From positions 38,095-102,094 of the forward strand of contig JAUCBJ010008380.1 of the NCBI GenBank assembly GCA_032718475.1: a DNA stretch of 64,000 bases, in the 5' to 3' direction. The stretch's first letter is position 1. Each line of letters begins with the position of its first letter. Shown here one piece after another: positions 38,734 through 49,850 of this stretch. The notes under the pieces were generated by a model. The model worked only from the letters and a program-made list of their open reading frames with translations. It made no database searches and was not told the origin of the DNA. The translations under genes and the position numbers were made by a program. The stretch is from Nemertoderma westbladi. Taxonomy: Eukaryota; Animalia; Xenacoelomorpha.

Positions 38734-41700
38734 CTAATTCTGTTTTGAGGCAGGAGACAAATTATAATCTCCCGTCTCAATACGTGTCTCCTCTAATAAC
38801 ACGATATCTTGGACCGGTCGGTCCAAGGTGTGTAAACCATTAGTTTTACACTTTTTTGGGTGCGGACACTTGCACCTAATTTTCACAGTGACTGTGCGCA
38901 CTATGTTTTGCACGTCTGGGTGTGTGTGCAAGATCACTCCCGTCTCCCAATACTTTCTCTTGATAATCGGCTCGGTTATCAACACGTAATCTCCCCTTTG
39001 GAGACTCCGAACCGTTTTGTACCACTTTGTTCTGGTGGATATGGTGGGAAGATAGTATTCCCGCCAATATTCCCAGAATGTGTACGCCACAAACTGTGTT
39101 ACTTTCCAGCTTTTACGACTATATAGGTCGGCACTAATGGGTTCTGATGCCGGCACAAGAAATGCTGGACTCTGCATTAGCAAATGATTCGGCGTTAATG
39201 CAACACCGTCTGGCAACATAGCTATCGGCCTCGAGTTTAGGGTATGCTCGATTTCAATGAAAGCTGTGACCAGTTCGTCGCCGGTAAGTTGTTTGTTCAC
39301 AGGCAACGTTTTGGCAATGGCCTGCTTCACAGAGCGAACTAAACGCTCCCAACTTCCTCCTCTCCAAGGACTTTCTGGAGTATTGAATCTCCACTCTACT
39401 CGTTGCGGCAAAAGTGCTGCAGAAATTTCCTTATTCTGTGCTGCTTTATGAGCCGCATTCAACTCGCTATTCCCTCCGACAAAGTTTGTACCCTTATCGG
39501 AGTAAAACGCCTTTACTAGTCCTCTCCTGGCCATAAATCTCTTCAAGGCCAGGAGCAGAGATTTGGTCGACATGTCTGCCACACGCTCGATATGTATGGC
39601 TCTACTCGCCATACATGTCAGTAGCAGACCCCATCGCTTGTGGGTCAGCCGTCCACTCTTTGCTTCAATCGGACCAAAACAGTCCACCCCTGTGTTCGTA
39701 AAGGGTGGGTCATATGCCTGCACTCTCGCTTCCGGGAGTTCAGCCATCTCCTGTTCCAATACTCTGGCGTTCACTCTCTTGCAAACCAGACAGGCGTCGT
39801 ACATAGTGCCGACTGCCCTGCTTGGCTGCAATAGAATGAATCGCTGTCTCGCTGCCGACAAACAGTGTAACTTTCCCGCGTGATGTAACCGCTTGTGTAT
39901 ATCCCATAGAATCGCTCTTTGCAATTCTATTGGGTGACTAGGGATTATCACTGGGAACCGAAGCTGTGAGTTTATGTCGACAGTCTGGATTCTCGATCTA
40001 TGACAAATTAAACCCTTATGGATTAATGGACTCCATTTTCTAAGGGGTTTATAGAGAACTGGTCGTTGAGCCGATAATAGATGGAATTCTTTGGGGAAGG
40101 CACACATTTGATAATGTTTCAAATGCTTTAATTCCGCTTGATCAATCTCATCCTCTGTCAGAGGTTGTTTCAATTTCCGAATTCGCTCACTATTGGTGCT
40201 CAATGGTTCTCTCAAATGTTTCGAATGTTTTAAACAAAGGTACAAAATGTATCGGCTTAACCACGCAGTTCTTTTACAAATTGTCAGCCAAGAGGCAGAC
40301 GAATTTAGTAATTTGTCATAAACACTACATGGCTCTAATGCCAGTGACGGTTGTCCGCTAACTAATGGAAGTTTCGAATCCAAACCCGCAGGTTTGGAAA
40401 CCAAAGGATCCATTGTGTCGGTCATTTTCTGTCCGTCACTTACCAACTGTGACTGTCGTCTAGTCTGTAAGGGTGGTTTTACGTCATAACTTACCCTTCC
40501 TGACCTAGTAGTCACGTAAGTCTGTTGGTCTGACAGGTCTCCGGGCCGCTCCAATGACTCTTCAGGCCGCTCCAATGACTTTTCAGGCCGCTCCAATGAC
40601 TTTTCAGGCCGCTCCAATGACTTGAGTTTGGCTTTAGACTTCGACTTAGAGACTTTCTCCACCTTGACTTCTGCATCTTCAGGCATCGGATTGGTCACAA
40701 TCTTTAGTCGCTCTGGCCAATGTTCCTGTGTCCTCGTTAGAAAATCAGGTCCATGCAACCAAAACTCCTGCGACTCTTCCTGACAGAATTCCGCCGGCAT
40801 TGCACCTCTCGAAGTTATGTCGGCCGGGTTCAACACTCCCGGACAATGTCTCCATTGTTCCTTCGTCGAAAAATCAACGATCTGAGCGCGTCTATTGGCC
40901 ACAAATGTCTTTAGTGCAATATTGTCGGCCGCAATGTATACTAACACCAAGGATGCGTCCGTCCAATAGAATAAGGTCAATGTCGTGTCTAACTCCTCAG
41001 TTATTTGCTTACTTACCTCGACCGAAACTACAGCCGCCTGTAACTCTGCACGAGGGACAGTCATGTATTTGACCGGCATTGTCTTTGATCTAGAAGTCAC
41101 AAAAGCCGTCTCAAACTTGTCCTGACTTACCTCTCGGCGAAGGTAGGCTACCATACCAAAGCCGGTGTCACTTGCGTCACTAAATAGGTGGAGCTCTAAA
41201 TCAGCTGGGAATACCAGCTGATTCGGAAAGTAGGAACGGGGTACATCTATATTTTTCAATAGATGCAACTCGGCTTCCCACTCCCTCCACTGCTTTGCAT
41301 GTATAGGAGATATTGGTTCGTCCCACTCTAAGTCGGACAACCAAATTTTCCTCATGCACGCTCGTGCCTGTAATATAACCGGACTGATAAAGTTCATCGG
41401 GTCAAATAGTCTACTCAATGTCGATAAGCAAATCCTCTTAGTCAAAACTTTGTCTGGGCTACTGGGCTCAAATCTAACTCTTACCTGGAACTTATCTGAG
41501 TTCGGGTTCCAAGCGAGTCCCAGTACTCGCGCCATGGGAATTGGTTCTACCCCCAATTCTACGTCTCCGCTCCCGCGATCCTTTACCGGGAACGACTCTA
41601 ATAGGGCCTCCGAGTTCGTAGTGAACTTGGTCAGAGGAAATCCCCCTGTAGCCAAGCACTCCTGCAGGCCGTGAGCCACTTCTATGGCTTGTTCCGCCGT

Positions 41701-44700
41701 GTCCTTGGACACCAATCCGTCGTCCATATAGAAGTTTCTCAAGATGGACTCGATTACTTCTACTGGATACTTACCAATCTGGGCTGTTGCCGTTTTCTTT
41801 AAAACGAACAGCGTGCCATTCGGACTATCGCGGGCGCCAAATATCCTAACGTACATTTGGTATGTAACCACTGGGCCGGATAAGTCTTCATTCTCGTACC
41901 AGAGAAAGCGAAGGCTATCCTGGTCTGCCTTACAGGCTCTTACCTGGTGGAACATCGCCTCGATGTCACAAGTAAATGCGAATCGCCGCTGTCTAAAACG
42001 CAACAGTATTCCAATCAAATAGTTATTCAGGTTGGGACCATCCATCAACTCTGAATTCAGGGACATACCTCTATAGACTGCTGCGCAGTCGTTGACTACT
42101 CGGACTTTGTCAGGCTTGTCAGGGTGAGTCACATAGTGGTGTGGAAGGTAATAAGTCTGGTCTGTCACTAAGTCAGGGTCCTCTACCTTCCCAGCAAATC
42201 CCTTGGCGAAATAGTTGTTGATCTGGGCGCAATACTTCTCCCTAATGCCTGGATTCTTCAACAACCGAGCCCTTACTCCGTTTAATCTTTTCAAGGCTAA
42301 GTTGTAGTTGTTCTCCAACTTAGGTGGTTGTCGACGCCACAACATTCCAACTTCAAAATGTCCAGTCGGTAGTAGACGTATAGTGTCTTCCATCATCTCC
42401 AGCGACCGTTTCTCATCAGTAGACATGGCTAGGTCATATCCACCGGGTTCCATTGCGTCCCTATCCAGCCATTCGACGGTTCTGGCTCCTGTCTCGAGGT
42501 CCTGGCGTATCAATTCCTTCTGTAATTCCTCCTCACTGTATTGGAAAATGTCTAGGTCTCGATATTTAGCCACTTGACCCTCCACTATGTCTGTATAAGT
42601 CAAAACGTTAGTCAAATAGGTAGCGTGGGCCGCTGAACCAGACCCACGGGTCTGATAACAGTAGTCCTCGGGTTCACTATCTGTCCGGTCGTTGTGAAGT
42701 GGTTCCGACAACCTAACATTATCGGGAATCAACTCCTCGTCCGACTCGCTAAAGTCACTATAGTGGTCAATACAGGTTCTCCTAAACTCGTCTATGTCTG
42801 GTGGTTCTACTAACGGTGGTTGAGTTATAGGCTGTAATTCGTCGTATCTATTCATTGGCTTGTCGCCACCTGTAAACTCATAAGACATGGGTACTCGTGT
42901 ATACCAACCTAATATAGTCCTATGGGCATGTGGTCCATTGACATGCGGCTCAGCTGGTCTCGTTTCCCATATCTGGTGTGCGATCAGCTGTTCTGCACCA
43001 ATCAACATAGAAACATTCCTATAACCTACCTGATGTCTGGGTATCCTGAGCTTGTCAAAATACTCCTGTGCTATGGGACTCATCGGCGGCACCTTACCTA
43101 ACTGCCTGCCGAATCCCTTCATAGCTAGACACTTAAATCCGTCCAATGGCAAAGCTTTCCGTTCTTGTCGAGTGTGTTGGTCTCTCGGAAGTAGGGAATC
43201 TAGTTCTACCGAAATTCTGTGTCCCTTGAGGTCTCCTACCCCATGCATAGACTTCAACTCTATTTGGATCTCCTCGGCGTCCTGGAAGCTAGAAACGGCT
43301 CTCGCCACTTCCTCGTCGATATACGATAATGTGGACGCAGTGTCCAACATCACATATATTCGTTTCGATCCCTTATCTCCAGTGAGTTTCACCGGAATCA
43401 CGCTAAATATTTCCGACGTGGCCGATGATAAATACGTCCGCGCGCTGGTCGATGAACTATCCGCGGTGAAACCTTGGCAGGTCACTTCTCTCGCGCTCGA
43501 CTCGCCATCCTCGTCCGACGAACCTGGTTGATAACCATCGTCCTGAATGCCGGTGTACGTATTCCTCCTTATCGATACGGGTTCTTTGCTCCCCTTCCTG
43601 TGAGGATTTCGCTGTAAGTAACGGTCCGTTGGGGTGTGGAAATCCGCATGTAGCAACTTGTGATGTAGTCTGCCGCATTCCATGCATCCGTCCTTGCTGT
43701 TCGGGCACTGCCGCCGTACATGGCCTGGCGCAAGACATGCCCAACAGGTGTCCAACGTCCGCACTTGAACTCTTCTCTGTTCCGAATTTAATTCTTTGAA
43801 CCGTCTGCAACTATCTAACTTATGGTCGTCAGATCTTACCTCCTTTAGTAAACAGTATTGGCAACCTACAAATCCATCCGGCAACTCCTGTTGCTTTAAC
43901 CTAGGTCTATCTAACCGCTCACCTGACCATACTCGCGAGTCTGATCTAAAGGCTGGGGTACTCGAATTATATCTGTCTACTGAGTTAAATGTCACAGTGG
44001 TCCTGTCATCGTCAAAACTTACCATAGACTTACCGGTAACAGGTTTAGACTCTCTCATATTCTCCTCTGAGAAATTTGATTTCATCTCTGCTACTGCGTC
44101 TGTGGCTATCATGTCATGAATATGCTGAAGTGTCAACACCTTACCTTGACCCTCCAACTTATTCTCTAATTTGCGCCATTTCTGTCTGTAACGCATGTTT
44201 AGACGTCTTATTACGCTTTTCAAAACTTCGGCGTGATCACCATGATGAGGTAGATTCACCGTCCTCAGGATGTCCAATGCGTTCGAAATAGCGTTCGCTA
44301 AGTTCAACAGCTCTAACGGAGTTGTAATCCTTCCGCCCTTACCCAAGTCTTCTACTATCGACTGCGCCATCTTGGTTTTATTCCCGTAGATGTCACTAAG
44401 CGTCTTCATCGCTAACTCGAATGCTCTCTCATTGCCGACGAAGTTGTCAGCAATGGCTCTAGGTTCTCGATGGAGCATCTGAAGCAAATAGTTGAACTTC
44501 TCATTGGGAGTAAAGGTGCTGTTGGTTAGCTGCTCGTCGACATAGGTTTTGAAAGTCCTCCAGTGCTTATGGTTGCCCATAAACTTCTGGGGTTGTTGCG
44601 TCGGCAGTCCTTGCCTAGCAGCAAACTTACCTATGTCCCTAAGGGTTGCGTCGTTCCGGGTTAACAAATGGTTTAGTTCCGCAGGGTTGTTAAGTCTGGT

Positions 44701-46605
44701 CCTTTCCCGGTGGTTCCAACTTACCTGCTCCGCGTCCGTCCTTCTTTCCTTATAGTTTCGGGACTTCTGACGTCTCATGTCTTCCTCTTCATCGCTTGAC
44801 TCGGTGTCAGTCCTTAGCGCTCGCGATGGTTTGCGCGCCGAGGCCCTGACCCAAGCATCTTGTATAAATTTCTCAGCCGAATTTTCGAAATTGGGATTAT
44901 GAATATTCGGGACAGGCGTCCTTACCTGAGGTCTATGTGGTATAGTCTCCTCTGATATGCGTACTCGTTGACTAGGCTGGACTTTATCTAACTCAGGCCT
45001 GCTAGGATTAGAATTACTTCTTACCTGGGCTGCTTCCTTTAACCGTAGGTTGCTAAGCATGTCCGTTATAGGTTGGATGTGCGGCGATATAGCTTGCGCT
45101 AAACTAGCACTTAACTCATCCCTCGTAATAAATTCCTGGCTAGGGTTCTGTTGTATAGTCGGCTCTATCTGAGTAATCCGCTGTCTCTCATATGATCCCT
45201 CTTCCGGTTTAACCCGAAAGTTCTCCGTCGAACTGGGTCGGCGCTCCGTCCGCGTATTCCAAACCCGCGGGTTCGGTTCGCCAAGTACTCGTCCCGTCGG
45301 AGTTTCTCTAAACTCTTCGTTCTCGCGTTCGGTGTATAGTGGTGCGGTGTTCCGATGACGTGGATCCTGAGCGATGGGTGAAGCACCAATATCAACCGGC
45401 GTGCGATATGTAGAGAACGGTTTAGCGATCCGTGTACTCGTAATAGCTGGACCGGGTATAGGAATTCTGGTCGTCGTCGACTCGCGTATGGTCGGAGTTC
45501 TCGCTTCCTGTTCGGCCTTCTGCAGTGCGAACAGTTCTCGCAACTCTGTCCCTACACTCGCCCCACATTCTTCGATCATTCGCATCCCCTTCTCGGCGAT
45601 TTCGTTCGCCTTCCTAGTCCGTTCTTCGCTCTCTAAACTTAATCTCGCACTTTCCAACTGCGCCAGTTTACGTTCTTCTTCTTCCCTCGCTCGTCTCGCT
45701 GCGCCCTCTTCTTCCACACGCGCCTTCTCTTCATACAACGCCCGTCGCTCCCTCTCGCGCTCAAGTTCGCGCTCCTTGCGCTCGCGTTCGAGTTGGAGTT
45801 CGCGTCTTCTTTGCTCGCATTCCTTAGCTTCCCGTTCGCGTTCGCGTTGAAGTTGAAGTTCGCGTTCTTCGCGTTCGCGTTGAAGTTGAAGTTCGCGTTC
45901 TTCGCGTTCGCGTTGGAGTTGAAGTTCGCGTTCTTCGCGTTCGCGTTGGAGTTGGAGTTCGCGTTCTTCCTGTTCGCGTTCCGCTTGCTCACGCTTACCT
46001 TTTTCTTCCAACTCTCGCAACTTTGCGTCTAACTTACGTGTGCGCTCCCGTTCCCGCTCGGCTTCCTTCCGTGCTTCCTGTGCACGCAAAACTTCCGCCT
46101 GCTGTTCGTCTAGTCGGCGTCTTCTCTCCTCCGCCGAGTTGTAAGAAACAAGGGATCTAGCACATATAACCTTCCCTCGCGCGTGACTAACCTGGGAATC
46201 GCCACTGTCTCTAGATGCGTCGTCGGGTGGAGTCAGCGTTCTCTGTTGGATGTTCTCCGTCGTCGGTAGCACCTGGCCCGGTACCACCACTCCATTCTGC
46301 ATCAGCCAGCTAGTAACTTCCCTTTGATACCGGCGCCCTTCTTTGTCTTGGATCTCTTCTCGCTCCACTAAGTCTCTCAACTCTGCGTCACTCACCTGAG
46401 TCGCCTGCGTTTGTGATGCCCATAGCAGCCAGTTCTCCGTCCTAACCCGTCGGAATCGCTCCGATAACTCGCGGTGCTCCAACAAGGCTGCTAAAACCCT
46501 GTCGTAAATCCTCGTCGCCGCGACACCTATACTAACAGCAGAACTGTTGAACAGACAAATACCCGTATACCTCTCTGCCAACCTAATGAGCTCTCGCCTA
46601 ACCAA
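38734..46605 (-). CDS. BEL/Pao Gag-Pol polyprotein (single ORF; first ATG at 46302)
   Basis: Coiled-coil N-terminus, gag core, three zinc knuckles (e.g. CWACLAPGHVRRQC), protease MLDTAST, RT YYLPHH/DIEAMFHQV/NFYMDD, RNase H LHLFSDAS, integrase HHCC, GVDCFGP, SDKGTNF, GGSWERLVRSVK. Confidence 0.97.
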   Translation of the reverse strand: MVRRELIRLAERYTGICLFNSSAVSIGVAATRIYDRVLAALLEHRELSERFRRVRTENWLLWASQTQATQVSDAELRDLVEREEIQDKEGRRYQREVTSWLMQNGVVVPGQVLPTTENIQQRTLTPPDDASRDSGDSQVSHARGKVICARSLVSYNSAEERRRRLDEQQAEVLRAQEARKEAERERERTRKLDAKLRELEEKGKREQAEREQEERELQLQREREERELQLQREREERELQLQREREERELQLQREREREAKECEQRRRELQLERERKERELERERERRALYEEKARVEEEGAARRAREEEERKLAQLESARLSLESEERTRKANEIAEKGMRMIEECGASVGTELRELFALQKAEQEARTPTIRESTTTRIPIPGPAITSTRIAKPFSTYRTPVDIGASPIAQDPRHRNTAPLYTERENEEFRETPTGRVLGEPNPRVWNTRTERRPSSTENFRVKPEEGSYERQRITQIEPTIQQNPSQEFITRDELSASLAQAISPHIQPITDMLSNLRLKEAAQVRSNSNPSRPELDKVQPSQRVRISEETIPHRPQVRTPVPNIHNPNFENSAEKFIQDAWVRASARKPSRALRTDTESSDEEEDMRRQKSRNYKERRTDAEQVSWNHRERTRLNNPAELNHLLTRNDATLRDIGKFAARQGLPTQQPQKFMGNHKHWRTFKTYVDEQLTNSTFTPNEKFNYLLQMLHREPRAIADNFVGNERAFELAMKTLSDIYGNKTKMAQSIVEDLGKGGRITTPLELLNLANAISNALDILRTVNLPHHGDHAEVLKSVIRRLNMRYRQKWRKLENKLEGQGKVLTLQHIHDMIATDAVAEMKSNFSEENMRESKPVTGKSMVSFDDDRTTVTFNSVDRYNSSTPAFRSDSRVWSGERLDRPRLKQQELPDGFVGCQYCLLKEVRSDDHKLDSCRRFKELNSEQRRVQVRTLDTCWACLAPGHVRRQCPNSKDGCMECGRLHHKLLHADFHTPTDRYLQRNPHRKGSKEPVSIRRNTYTGIQDDGYQPGSSDEDGESSAREVTCQGFTADSSSTSARTYLSSATSEIFSVIPVKLTGDKGSKRIYVMLDTASTLSYIDEEVARAVSSFQDAEEIQIELKSMHGVGDLKGHRISVELDSLLPRDQHTRQERKALPLDGFKCLAMKGFGRQLGKVPPMSPIAQEYFDKLRIPRHQVGYRNVSMLIGAEQLIAHQIWETRPAEPHVNGPHAHRTILGWYTRVPMSYEFTGGDKPMNRYDELQPITQPPLVEPPDIDEFRRTCIDHYSDFSESDEELIPDNVRLSEPLHNDRTDSEPEDYCYQTRGSGSAAHATYLTNVLTYTDIVEGQVAKYRDLDIFQYSEEELQKELIRQDLETGARTVEWLDRDAMEPGGYDLAMSTDEKRSLEMMEDTIRLLPTGHFEVGMLWRRQPPKLENNYNLALKRLNGVRARLLKNPGIREKYCAQINNYFAKGFAGKVEDPDLVTDQTYYLPHHYVTHPDKPDKVRVVNDCAAVYRGMSLNSELMDGPNLNNYLIGILLRFRQRRFAFTCDIEAMFHQVRACKADQDSLRFLWYENEDLSGPVVTYQMYVRIFGARDSPNGTLFVLKKTATAQIGKYPVEVIESILRNFYMDDGLVSKDTAEQAIEVAHGLQECLATGGFPLTKFTTNSEALLESFPVKDRGSGDVELGVEPIPMARVLGLAWNPNSDKFQVRVRFEPSSPDKVLTKRICLSTLSRLFDPMNFISPVILQARACMRKIWLSDLEWDEPISPIHAKQWREWEAELHLLKNIDVPRSYFPNQLVFPADLELHLFSDASDTGFGMVAYLRREVSQDKFETAFVTSRSKTMPVKYMTVPRAELQAAVVSVEVSKQITEELDTTLTLFYWTDASLVLVYIAADNIALKTFVANRRAQIVDFSTKEQWRHCPGVLNPADITSRGAMPAEFCQEESQEFWLHGPDFLTRTQEHWPERLKIVTNPMPEDAEVKVEKVSKSKSKAKLKSLERPEKSLERPEKSLERPEESLERPGDLSDQQTYVTTRSGRVSYDVKPPLQTRRQSQLVSDGQKMTDTMDPLVSKPAGLDSKLPLVSGQPSLALEPCSVYDKLLNSSASWLTICKRTAWLSRYILYLCLKHSKHLREPLSTNSERIRKLKQPLTEDEIDQAELKHLKHYQMCAFPKEFHLLSAQRPVLYKPLRKWSPLIHKGLICHRSRIQTVDINSQLRFPVIIPSHPIELQRAILWDIHKRLHHAGKLHCLSAARQRFILLQPSRAVGTMYDACLVCKRVNARVLEQEMAELPEARVQAYDPPFTNTGVDCFGPIEAKSGRLTHKRWGLLLTCMASRAIHIERVADMSTKSLLLALKRFMARRGLVKAFYSDKGTNFVGGNSELNAAHKAAQNKEISAALLPQRVEWRFNTPESPWRGGSWERLVRSVKQAIAKTLPVNKQLTGDELVTAFIEIEHTLNSRPIAMLPDGVALTPNHLLMQSPAFLVPASEPISADLYSRKSWKVTQFVAYTFWEYWREYYLPTISTRTKWYKTVRSLQRGDYVLITEPIIKRKYWETGVILHTHPDVQNIVRTVTVKIRCKCPHPKKCKTNGLHTLDRPVQDIVLLEETRIETGDYNLSPASKQN

Positions 46606-49060
46606 TAAGACACAAAGACTGCTCTACTGTTAAGTAAAGGGGATCAGGAGCGTGCTATTACTAAATTGTAAGGGTTGCTAAATACAAAACCGCTACTTAC
46701 CGTTGGATGGCGCTAATCTGCCGTCCGCTAATATATTTTACTAAATTTACACAGCTCCTGCAAAATCGCTTGTTCCTTTCTCTACCGATCGCTCGATAGA
46801 GAGCTAACTGTTCGAATCTATGAGCCACGCGGGAATAACCAAACAATAAACCCGAGTCGGCTCCCTAAGCTTACTTAAGACGAGTGCGAGGGGCTTTGCA
46901 CTCAGAGTATATTCTTACGCCTAATTTTACTACTGTTGAAGTACGCTAATGCCTACGTCTTTTCTAATCGCGAATACGGAGGGTTCCCTAACGAAATGTG
47001 TGAATGCGAGAATATTTAAATAAATCAAAATTGGTACAGTACAATGTCTTTCGTGGGTGATACCGCTCTGGGTCTAAACTTGCCTGCAGCTGGCTTTAGG
47101 CCAGCAATTCACTAGTGTCTTGCGTACTAACTATTGCGATCTAGTTTATTGCCCGCTAATTCAAATAACCGCTCAGCGTGAATAGTTTACGGTACTCTAA
47201 TTATTACCTTAGCTACTCTCCGCTATGCTGCGTACTAATTCTTAATTTTACTAATTAATTACAGTCACAAATATGTAACAGCCTAAAATACTGTATTACT
47301 TTGACCTAATCAGTAATTATTTACAGTAAACTAAGAGATAGAAATCAATCAAAGGGAAAAGAGCGCCTATCTAAGCATTCGTAATCTTAGGCACACTTTA
47401 GTAACACATCAATCAGAGTCAGCAATCACGGATCACAATAGCACGACTTGCAATTATACAATCTGCAATTATATAATTCGCAACTTACTTACGTACTTAC
47501 CCACCTACTGTGAGGTATGCAGGCCCCTCCCGGGTACATCTAGGCTTCCTAACTAACCCAATTCCTGCCCCCTAATACTAAATAGAGACAAAACCTTGGA
47601 TCATCAGCCCCCTAATTACTGTACCGGCGAGCGGTCTCCAACCTACAGTCCAAATTGCCCGACCACAACGTTGACCCCCGCCAGCGTTGCCCGCCTTTGA
47701 ATCCTCCGCTCTCCCTTAGTCGCCCAACCCCCCGATGTGCCCACCGCCTACTGGCACCTTAGCCCTCCATTATGCTAATAGCTACCGTAGCGGCGCATGC
47801 AAATCACAAAGTCTGACAGTCTCAGAAATCCCTTAGGATTATTGCGCAGAAAGGAATCACATAGAACCATTAATCAAAAGGTAGAAATCATAGTTCAGTT
47901 GTAATTAGCAGTAATCGAAGGAATTAATTGAGAAACACAATCAAGAGTAATCGCACTAGCAAATCATTCCAAGAAATTAATCAAATTGCAGAAATACTCT
48001 AAAATCCGTCAAAAATGAATAGAGACAGCTCAGCAAGTACAAAGGTGATAGCAGATCATGTGAGGGATAACAGTAAGGCTCTACCGGCACACCGCCAATT
48101 TATAGGTGATCCGGATGGGGTGATGCAATAGGGTGACTCAATCGCTCTCCTATTGGCTCTCCAGTCCGTGCTAGCATTAGACCAACCTGGAAGCAGTTAA
48201 TCCAATAAGGAGGCCGGATTGTAGCCCTATTGCTGCCCAAACCTCGAATTATTACCATATATGGTAATGGTTCACGTCTCTGGCTGCTGAATGGCCAGGA
48301 CAGCGTCCCTATATGCTAGCCCTATCAAACTAATATCAGCAAGCACAAAATCCAGGGTCCGAATAAACTCGCTACCCTGGAACTATCTACATATATCCTA
48401 ATACAAAATTACGTAGGTAGGGCTACATACTATACAAAATGGATGGATTCAAATATATGGGTGTTTCGATTTCCCTATCTAAATACCACTGCGTTATTAT
48501 GCCTTATCTAAAATATTATGCTGCACAACGGACTAATATTACATACAGTATAACGGACTAATATTGTGTACAGTATAACGGACTAATATATGTGGATACA
48601 GCGCCATATACCGTAACAAAATACAATACTAAATGTACAGGTCAATACAATACTGTAATGTCCTCTAAAGTTGTAAAGTGCTAAATAACAACTCGCTGTT
48701 AATGCTAACAACGTTGAGTAATGTTACAATTTTGGAATAAAATATATTTACACACTTAATTAATAATAAATTATTACGATGAAAGAAGTTCCGCCTTAAA
48801 ATCAGGTTTCAAATTTAAAACGTTAAAAACCAACCGTGGCAACCAAAAATAATAAAATAGTAGGTTGAATTGGGTGGCAGAACAAATTTAAATTTCTGAT
48901 TTTCGATGTTGCCCATTTTGATAAGAACAGGGTATTTCGATTGCAGCTAAGTAAGTGATAGATGGTAGATTGCGGGCCACACAGTTTACAAGCACAGCTG
49001 GATTCGTGTTCGTGAAAATCTCCCATGGTACATATACGATGGTGGAATCCATGAACACTG

Positions 49061-49152
49061 AACCTAGTGAGCATGTGCTCAGTAACCTAGTGAGCATGTG
49101 CTCAGTAACCTAGTGAGCATGTGCTCAGTAACCTAGTGAGCACGTGTCTCAG
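49061..49152. repeat. 23-bp tandem repeat, 4 copies (AACCTAGTGAGCATGTGCTCAGT), each a small hairpin
   Basis: Directly visible; TGAGCA-TG-TGCTCA inverted core. Confidence 0.85.
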
Positions 49153-49453
49153 TGGACCCCTCCAATGAATGTCTATGAAAGCTAGTGAGTTCCAGAATGA
49201 TGGTTGGATTTCGGAGAATTTGATATTAATTTCCTCCATGTATTTCCTATAAGCGGCTGTCTAAATAATGACACTACTCTAATGTACGTACGTACATGGT
49301 CTCCAGCCTGCAGTATCACCTACATTGCCTAACATCAGGGTATATTTGGTCTCAGCCAGCGCCATACTTGCCGATTTGGGAATTCATTACTTATTATTAT
49401 TTATTAGACCACTTGGACGTTTAATCTCGTTTTGTGTTGTTCATTTCATTTAG

Positions 49454-49572
49454 GTTTGATTATATATTTTGTTCGAAATGACTCCAGTAAGAAACTGGAG
49501 GCCAATGATATGGAGGCCAATGTTACGAGCGGGTTCCTAGATATGGGAGGATCAAAATCAGTGAGTGACGAG
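49454..49572 (+). CDS. DNAH5: Dynein heavy chain exon 4 (GLIIYFVRNDSSKKL...FLDMGGSKSVSDE)
   Basis: Acceptor ttcatttag, donor GAG|GTTAGT (alternative in-frame GTGAGT at 49561). Resembles DNAH5 GVCVFFIRTDPSKAI...MLD. Confidence 0.85.
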
Positions 49573-49609
49573 GTTAGTAGAAATCAACAAGTTCATCCAG
49601 TTATATTGA

Positions 49610-49845
49610 AACATTGCTGCAGGCTGTGTAACCCCGGCAGCCCGGTTGGTCTGGAATGTCGCTCAGCTGATATGTATCTAATTTTAGTTTAAATATTTCC
49701 AGACTGCAGCCAGTCAGGTCTCGTATTTCCTTTGGCAAGGAGTTGAATAGTTGCGGTCCAGTCACCACCAAGCTATTCTCGTGCAGATTGTGGACGTTTT
49801 CTGCAATTTCGTAGTAAGGTTGGAATCTGGCAATTTCTATTGTAT
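49610..49845 (-). pseudogene. 3' fragment of a CR1-type LINE
   Basis: The minus strand reads ENSLVVTGPQLFNSLPKEIRDLTGCSLEIFKLKLDTY then SDIPDQPGCRGY, typical of a CR1 ORF2 C-terminus. Confidence 0.65.
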
Positions 49846-49850
49846 ATACG

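Larger units (their letters stand above)
33908..48618 (-). mobile_element. Young BEL/Pao LTR retrotransposon (element B), 14.7 kb, 2.1-kb LTRs
   Basis: TGTT...AACA termini and 5-bp TSD AAATA (33903-33907, 48619-48623). Direct repeats 33918-36018 and 46518-48618 sit at a constant 12600 offset, with no differences seen by eye. Confidence 0.97.
33398..48752. mobile_element. Small (~640 bp) hairpin-rich non-autonomous element, Crypton-like, split by BEL element B
   Basis: Terminal direct repeat TATTTACA (33398, 48745); long left hairpin ~33425-33519; TTTTATTCCAAAATTGTAACATTAC (33544) is inverted at 48718; TAGCACTTTACA (33421) is inverted at 48673; further ~90-bp hairpin at 33807-33897. The family assignment is by architecture only. 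Confidence 0.5.

Noticed and set aside
38860-46032. Short ORFs overlapping BEL gag-pol on either strand
   Set aside because: Shadow frames of a long coding sequence with no independent motifs.
48823-49074. 83-aa ORF with CKLC...HLLSC
   Set aside because: It looks like a decayed C-terminal zinc knuckle of a non-LTR element cut by a tandem repeat, not a host gene.
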